28,901 nucleotides of DNA. It comes from a bacterium (GTDB lineage Bacteria; Patescibacteriota; Gracilibacteria; UM-FILTER-43-11). The DNA lies in assembly GCA_030426875.1 (NCBI GenBank), contig JAUHXI010000001.1, forward strand, positions 1 to 28,901, given 5' to 3'. A program made the translations under genes and the position numbers. Positions 24,624-28,901 of the stretch are shown here, piece by piece; the first letter of the stretch is position 1; every line of letters starts with the position of its first letter. Under the pieces are notes generated by a model. The model did not search any database. It had not been told where the DNA came from and was given only the letters and a program-made list of their open reading frames with translations.

Positions 24624-24923
24624 GTGACCCGACAATGTTGGAATCATGTTTTTAAACATCCGGTAAAACGCTCAACAAAAATAGAAAAATTGGAACGAGC
24701 ACTAGCCCTTCCTATGGCCATCAAATTACTCGAAAAAACCACCACTTATCAGGAGGTTTGCCGAGAAAAAGATAAAGGTGGGAATGATTACCTATTTTTT
24801 GCTATTATTGGTTATGTGAGAGGTAATCGAATAAAAGTCATTGTTCGAAAACAAAGTAAAAATACCAACGCAAAATACATTTTGTTTTCATTCTTCCAAA
24901 TGTCCACCCAGTCTAAAAAATAA
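24624..24923 (+). CDS. 3' fragment of the putative RelE/BECR-fold (PBECR/LPD3-like) nuclease
   Basis: (IT)VTRQCWNHVFKH..KRS...ER..ALP.A.KLLE..TTYQE......YLFFAIIG......IKVIVRK......LFSFF fits a recalled CPR-widespread family (Y..i..v.CP.l..V.fn..G.nH....R....rl.LL......QEy......w.l......kVi.rk......FwSv). The nuclease call is inference. Confidence 0.6.
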   Translation: MTRQCWNHVFKHPVKRSTKIEKLERALALPMAIKLLEKTTTYQEVCREKDKGGNDYLFFAIIGYVRGNRIKVIVRKQSKNTNAKYILFSFFQMSTQSKK

Positions 24924-24973
24924 ATTTGTACTTAAGGCTATTTAGTTAAATAGCATTATTCACACACTTACAC

Positions 24974-25067
24974 AAAAAAAGAGGGTTGTCTTCGACTCCA
25001 CTCGCTAATGCGTAGTTGGCCGGATCAAGGAGCTCTCAAAAATTAAGAACAGAACCTTTCAACCCTT
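24974..25067 (-). ncRNA. Candidate ~94-nt small RNA convergent with the nuclease-like gene
   Basis: It lies between a strong minus-strand promoter (25102-25074) and a hairpin plus T7 (25003-24974). The 5' AGGGTTG is complementary to the 3' CAACCCT. No Rfam family was recognised. Confidence 0.45.
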
Positions 25068-25073
25068 ATCTCA

Positions 25074-25102
25074 AGCATAACATAAGGCTAATAAATAATC
25101 AA
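25074..25102 (-). promoter_or_regulatory. sigma70 promoter TTGATT-N17-TATGCT with extended TGn, antisense to fumC
   Basis: + strand AATCAA 25097-25102 and AGCATA 25074-25079; 17-nt spacer; TG at 25082-25081 on the minus strand. Confidence 0.6.
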
Positions 25103-25108
25103 TCCAAA

Positions 25109-26497
25109 ATGACCCACCGCAGCGAAAAAGACACCATGGGCGAGCTCCAGGTTCCCGCAGAAAAATACTGGGGAGCCCAGACTCAGCGTTCGCTCCAGAA
25201 TTTTGAAATCGGAGGTGAAGCGATGAAAATGCCGCTCGAAATCATTCATGCTTTTGCCTTTTTGAAGAAGGCAGCGGCTCAAACCAATCAGACATTGGGA
25301 GTATTGTCAGAAGAAAAATCAGAAATCATTGCAAGCGTTTGTGATGAGATTCTGGAAGGGAAATGGGATGATCACTTTCCGCTTGTCGTGTGGCAAACAG
25401 GCTCTGGCACCCAGAGCAACATGAATGTGAATGAGGTGATTGCCAACCGGGCCCACGTTTTGCTCGGGGGGAAATTGGAGGACCTAGAGAAGGCCATTCA
25501 CCCAAATGATGATGTGAATCAGTCTCAATCTTCGAACGATACCTTTCCTACAGCCATGCACATTGCAGGGTATAAAATAGTGGTGGAACACACCATTCCC
25601 GCCGTAGAAAAATTGAGAGACCAGTTGAAAATAAAAGCCGTGGCCTTTGGTGATGTGGTCAAAATTGGCCGCACGCATTTGATGGATGCGACCCCGCTAA
25701 CGCTTGGCCAGGAGTTTTCCGGGTATGTCTCTCAGCTGGATCACGGACTGATTGCTCTCAGAAATACGCTTCCTCACCTTTCTGAGCTGGCCTTGGGTGG
25801 CACGGCAGTGGGCACGGGTTTGAACACACCCGAAGCTTATGCAGAAAAAGTAGCCGAGAAGATTGCTGAATTGACTGATCACCCCTTCGTCACCGCTCCC
25901 AATAAATTTGAGGCTTTGGCAACTCATGATGCGATTGTTGAAAGTTCGGGGGCACTCAAGCAATTGGCGGTGAGTTTGATGAAGATTGCCAATGACATTC
26001 GTCTGCTGGCCTCTGGGCCGCGTTGTGGGATCGGTGAACTCAACCTTCCTGCCAATGAACCGGGGTCGTCCATCATGCCGGGGAAGGTGAATCCGACGCA
26101 ACCTGAGGCGTTGACGATGGTCTGTGCTCAGGTGATGGGGAATGATGTAGCGATTTCGATGGGAGGCATGCAGGGGCACTTTCAATTGAATGTGTTTAAA
26201 CCGATGATGATTTACAATTTCTTGAATTCAGCTCGGTTGTTGGCAGATGCATGTCGATCATTTGAGAAAAATTGTGTGGCAGGATTGATGCCCAATCATG
26301 AAAAAATTGAAGCGCATTTGAATGATTCATTGATGTTGGTGACGGCTTTAAATCCTCATATTGGCTATGAAAAAGCGGCTGCAATTGCTAAAAAAGCCCA
26401 TGAGGAGGGGGTCACGCTGAAGGAGGCGGCGGTGTCTCTTGGCTATCTGACAAAGGAGGAGTTTGAGCAGTGGGTGAGGCCAGAAAAAATGATTTGA
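25109..26497 (+). CDS. fumC: Class II fumarate hydratase FumC (462 aa)
   Basis: [59 protein letters not shown], signature [26 protein letters not shown]. Start is set at ATG 25109, not TTG 25016. Confidence 0.97.
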   Translation: MTHRSEKDTMGELQVPAEKYWGAQTQRSLQNFEIGGEAMKMPLEIIHAFAFLKKAAAQTNQTLGVLSEEKSEIIASVCDEILEGKWDDHFPLVVWQTGSGTQSNMNVNEVIANRAHVLLGGKLEDLEKAIHPNDDVNQSQSSNDTFPTAMHIAGYKIVVEHTIPAVEKLRDQLKIKAVAFGDVVKIGRTHLMDATPLTLGQEFSGYVSQLDHGLIALRNTLPHLSELALGGTAVGTGLNTPEAYAEKVAEKIAELTDHPFVTAPNKFEALATHDAIVESSGALKQLAVSLMKIANDIRLLASGPRCGIGELNLPANEPGSSIMPGKVNPTQPEALTMVCAQVMGNDVAISMGGMQGHFQLNVFKPMMIYNFLNSARLLADACRSFEKNCVAGLMPNHEKIEAHLNDSLMLVTALNPHIGYEKAAAIAKKAHEEGVTLKEAAVSLGYLTKEEFEQWVRPEKMI

Positions 26498-26523
26498 CAT
26501 TTAACAATAAATTATTGTATGCT
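26494..26523 (+). promoter_or_regulatory. sigma70 promoter TTGACA-N18-TATGCT overlapping the fumC stop, upstream of the 531-aa gene
   Basis: TTGACA 26494-26499 and TATGCT 26518-26523. Confidence 0.55.
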
Positions 26524-26581
26524 AAATTAAAATCTAAACGTAAAGTTGTCCCTCCAAGCATGACTTTTAACAAGATTTATT

Positions 26582-28177
26582 GTGGAGGCAGTTGAGTATG
26601 ATTACATCGAAGGACCTGTTCATAGGCCTGTTCTACTTGCCTTGCTTTCTGGAGAACCTTGTAGGCCAAATGTGACCCTAGATCCTGGACCTCTCTTTCC
26701 TTTTGGGACTAGGAAAGCTATAATTTCCTACCCTGAAGAAACGGGAATGAAATTAGTTAAAATTTCTTGGAATCCTAAAGATAATATCTATCTCGTTGGC
26801 TCTAGCTCTTCTCTAAATGCAGAAGAGTATAATAGAGAGAAGCTGGCCTTATTCCTATTAGGTATCTCTGATCAAGTAATGGATGATTTAAGAGGATATT
26901 TTGCGTTAGATGAAGGTGGTCATGAGTCTGTTTTAGATGAAATCACTCGAATTACTCGCTCTTCATCGCCAGAGTCAGAAAATCCTAAATGTGAATTAAG
27001 AAGGTTGCAGACCCTATCTATAGATAGGAATGCTCAAAAAATATGTAGTTTAATTGAAACTTATACTCAAATGGGGAATGAGGCAATGATGGAATTTTTT
27101 TCTGTAGCAAATTGTGGTGAGGTGGCTTTGGATTTGTTAAGAAAAGGCATTGCTGATTACATTTATGCATTTTTTAATGCTCATCAAATACAAATTCAAA
27201 ATAATGCTTCTGGTAGGTCTTCGATAAGTAAAATAGTTTCTTTTCGTGATGTATTGGTTCAATTATATGAGGATGAAGTTGAAGGTTCAGCGGATGTTAA
27301 TCATGAAAATTATACTTTTGAGGATTTTTTGAACTATTCTAAGGATGAAACTTTGGTTAAAAGTGTACGTTTTTTTAATGAGGAAGAAACTGTTCTTGAA
27401 ATTGTTTTTGAGGATATTGATCAAGTAGAGCATAGACAATTGATACCAGCTGCGTTAGTAGATGGATTAAAAGTAGAAGATTTAAAGCTACGTAGACCTG
27501 GTACGGATTTTGATGATAAGATCCTATCTTGTGTGTTCAATAATATGTTAAGGAAGCCGGCAACCCCCGAACACCTTGATTATCAATTTGATATGGAGAG
27601 TTTAAGTATTTCAGTTACAGTGCATTATTCTAACTCTAATGAGGATGAATTTGTCCCACCCGTAAAATTGGATTACGATTTACTCAGTGACACGCGTAGT
27701 ATTTTTATTGATGGCGAGCGTTATCATATTTCTTATCCGTATCTTGAAGTAGAAGAAATAATGAGGTATTGGGATCCAAAAGATTGTCGTAAATTGACAG
27801 ATTACTTGTTTATGAGCGAGGAATCTTTTCAAGGAATGGCTAAGATATTAGCTGAAACCGCTGTTGAGATAGCTAGTCAGACAGTTCCTGAGATAATTGC
27901 TGAGACAGCTCATAAAACAATTGCTGAGACAGATACTTCAGATGCAAGACCTGATCAGCCAAGGTTAAAATTGCCCACTGTCCCTTCCACCCCTTCCACA
28001 AAAGGATTGGCCCTTATATCTAGTGGATTTAGGACAGCTGCTGCTGCCTTATTCCTTATGTTCTCAAGGGCAGATCATTATGGCATGCCAAAGGAACACG
28101 CTACAGTTATACCCCCCCACAATAGTGGTAGAAGTAATGATGCAGAGGTGCAGCACTCAGGAACATTGATTGAATAA
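26582..28177 (+). CDS. Hypothetical protein (ORFan-like, 531 aa) with visibly AT-richer codon usage
   Basis: 1.6-kb open frame with its own promoter; no recognised domain; low-complexity AET repeats and a hydrophobic patch near the C-terminus. Confidence 0.7.
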   Translation: MEAVEYDYIEGPVHRPVLLALLSGEPCRPNVTLDPGPLFPFGTRKAIISYPEETGMKLVKISWNPKDNIYLVGSSSSLNAEEYNREKLALFLLGISDQVMDDLRGYFALDEGGHESVLDEITRITRSSSPESENPKCELRRLQTLSIDRNAQKICSLIETYTQMGNEAMMEFFSVANCGEVALDLLRKGIADYIYAFFNAHQIQIQNNASGRSSISKIVSFRDVLVQLYEDEVEGSADVNHENYTFEDFLNYSKDETLVKSVRFFNEEETVLEIVFEDIDQVEHRQLIPAALVDGLKVEDLKLRRPGTDFDDKILSCVFNNMLRKPATPEHLDYQFDMESLSISVTVHYSNSNEDEFVPPVKLDYDLLSDTRSIFIDGERYHISYPYLEVEEIMRYWDPKDCRKLTDYLFMSEESFQGMAKILAETAVEIASQTVPEIIAETAHKTIAETDTSDARPDQPRLKLPTVPSTPSTKGLALISSGFRTAAAALFLMFSRADHYGMPKEHATVIPPHNSGRSNDAEVQHSGTLIE

Positions 28178-28184
28178 AATTCCA

Positions 28185-28817
28185 TTATTTCTCAATCACC
28201 CGCGTAAACGTATACCGCGTCTCATCTCCCTTTTCAGTGAACACCTTTTCATAAGGAATCACCTTGGTCCCACCTGACAAACTGTCCGACACCCAAATCC
28301 CATCCTGATCAAACGAATACGCCGCCACCGCATGCAAAATCCATTCATCACCCTCCAGTGGGTACTCATAGCGCAAAACAAAGGTCTCCCCATCCTCCAG
28401 AAGTTGAAAGAGCAGCTCAGGACTTTTGTACGATTCAAGCTCCAAATCATAGGCTTCAGCTAAAGTTTCCCGCCATTCGTTGTTCCACAAAACTTCACGA
28501 GGCTTTTGAATGCGCTCCTCCATCTCTAACATATCAAACTCCCACCCCCGGTCCATCAAAATATGCCCCACCGAAAAACCAAAACAACCATTCAAATATT
28601 GAAAGCTAGCGGGAAATTCATAGTCCGGAGGCACTTGTGGAACCACACCTGTGGCTAGAATTTCTTGATAAGTTTCCAACCCTTCAAAAGTTGACTCTTC
28701 CAAAAAAAGTGCTTCGTCTTCTTGCTGTACGCTAGCAAGCCCAGGCTTAAAAACAATGAATAAAGCCGTGAGCAGGGCAAGTGTAATGAGCCAGAAAAGA
28801 GAATTTTTGAGCGTCAT
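28185..28817 (-). CDS. Membrane-anchored C39-like cysteine peptidase
   Basis: N-terminal TM; QYLNGC (oxyanion Q plus catalytic C), LHAVAAYSFD (His), IWVSDS (Asp), IPYEKVF. This is the papain-like C39 spacing. Confidence 0.7.
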   Translation of the reverse strand: MTLKNSLFWLITLALLTALFIVFKPGLASVQQEDEALFLEESTFEGLETYQEILATGVVPQVPPDYEFPASFQYLNGCFGFSVGHILMDRGWEFDMLEMEERIQKPREVLWNNEWRETLAEAYDLELESYKSPELLFQLLEDGETFVLRYEYPLEGDEWILHAVAAYSFDQDGIWVSDSLSGGTKVIPYEKVFTEKGDETRYTFTRVIEK

Positions 28818-28901
28818 GATTGTCTTTTATGTTGTGGCGCGTTAATCACATACTAAATTTAACTCAATTCAGCCTGATTTCCAAGTTTGATAGCGTTTTT
28901 A

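Noticed and set aside
24981-25003. TTCGACTCC resembles a tRNA T-loop
   Set aside because: No GTTC, no anticodon or D arm and no cloverleaf; kept only as part of the candidate sRNA.
25016-25108. 31-aa N-terminal extension of FumC in the ORF track
   Set aside because: Homology begins at [11 protein letters not shown], and the extension covers the promoter and sRNA region.

Overview
Bacterial chromosomal window read with genetic code 11. The gene content and the giant SLH/FG-GAP/TSP3 protein suggest a Patescibacteria (CPR), Peregrinibacteria-like genome; this is inference from recalled family resemblance. From left to right: a minus-strand run of partial murD, a DUF1176-like exported protein, a GNAT, TauE/SafE and a small Cys-rich protein. 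Next is an AT-rich interval with a strictly 5-bp-phased AATT array between a sigma70 promoter and an unlisted 56-aa Xis/BldC-like HTH gene, followed by a patch of mini-repeats. An ~18-kb minus-strand cluster (3924-22084) encodes only exported proteins: four uncharacterised Cys-containing proteins and one ~4,300-aa surface protein that appears split by a one-base frameshift. After it come two tandem msrA genes of different classes and a CBU_0592-like membrane protein. A putative RelE/BECR-fold nuclease gene is split at an A7 run and faces a candidate ~94-nt convergent sRNA with its own promoter and U-tract. The window ends with fumC, a low-GC 531-aa ORFan and a C39-like peptidase. The best candidates for undescribed systems are the all-secreted giant-protein cluster, the nuclease plus convergent sRNA module, and the phased array plus HTH. 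No rRNA, tRNA, CRISPR array or transposase was found.
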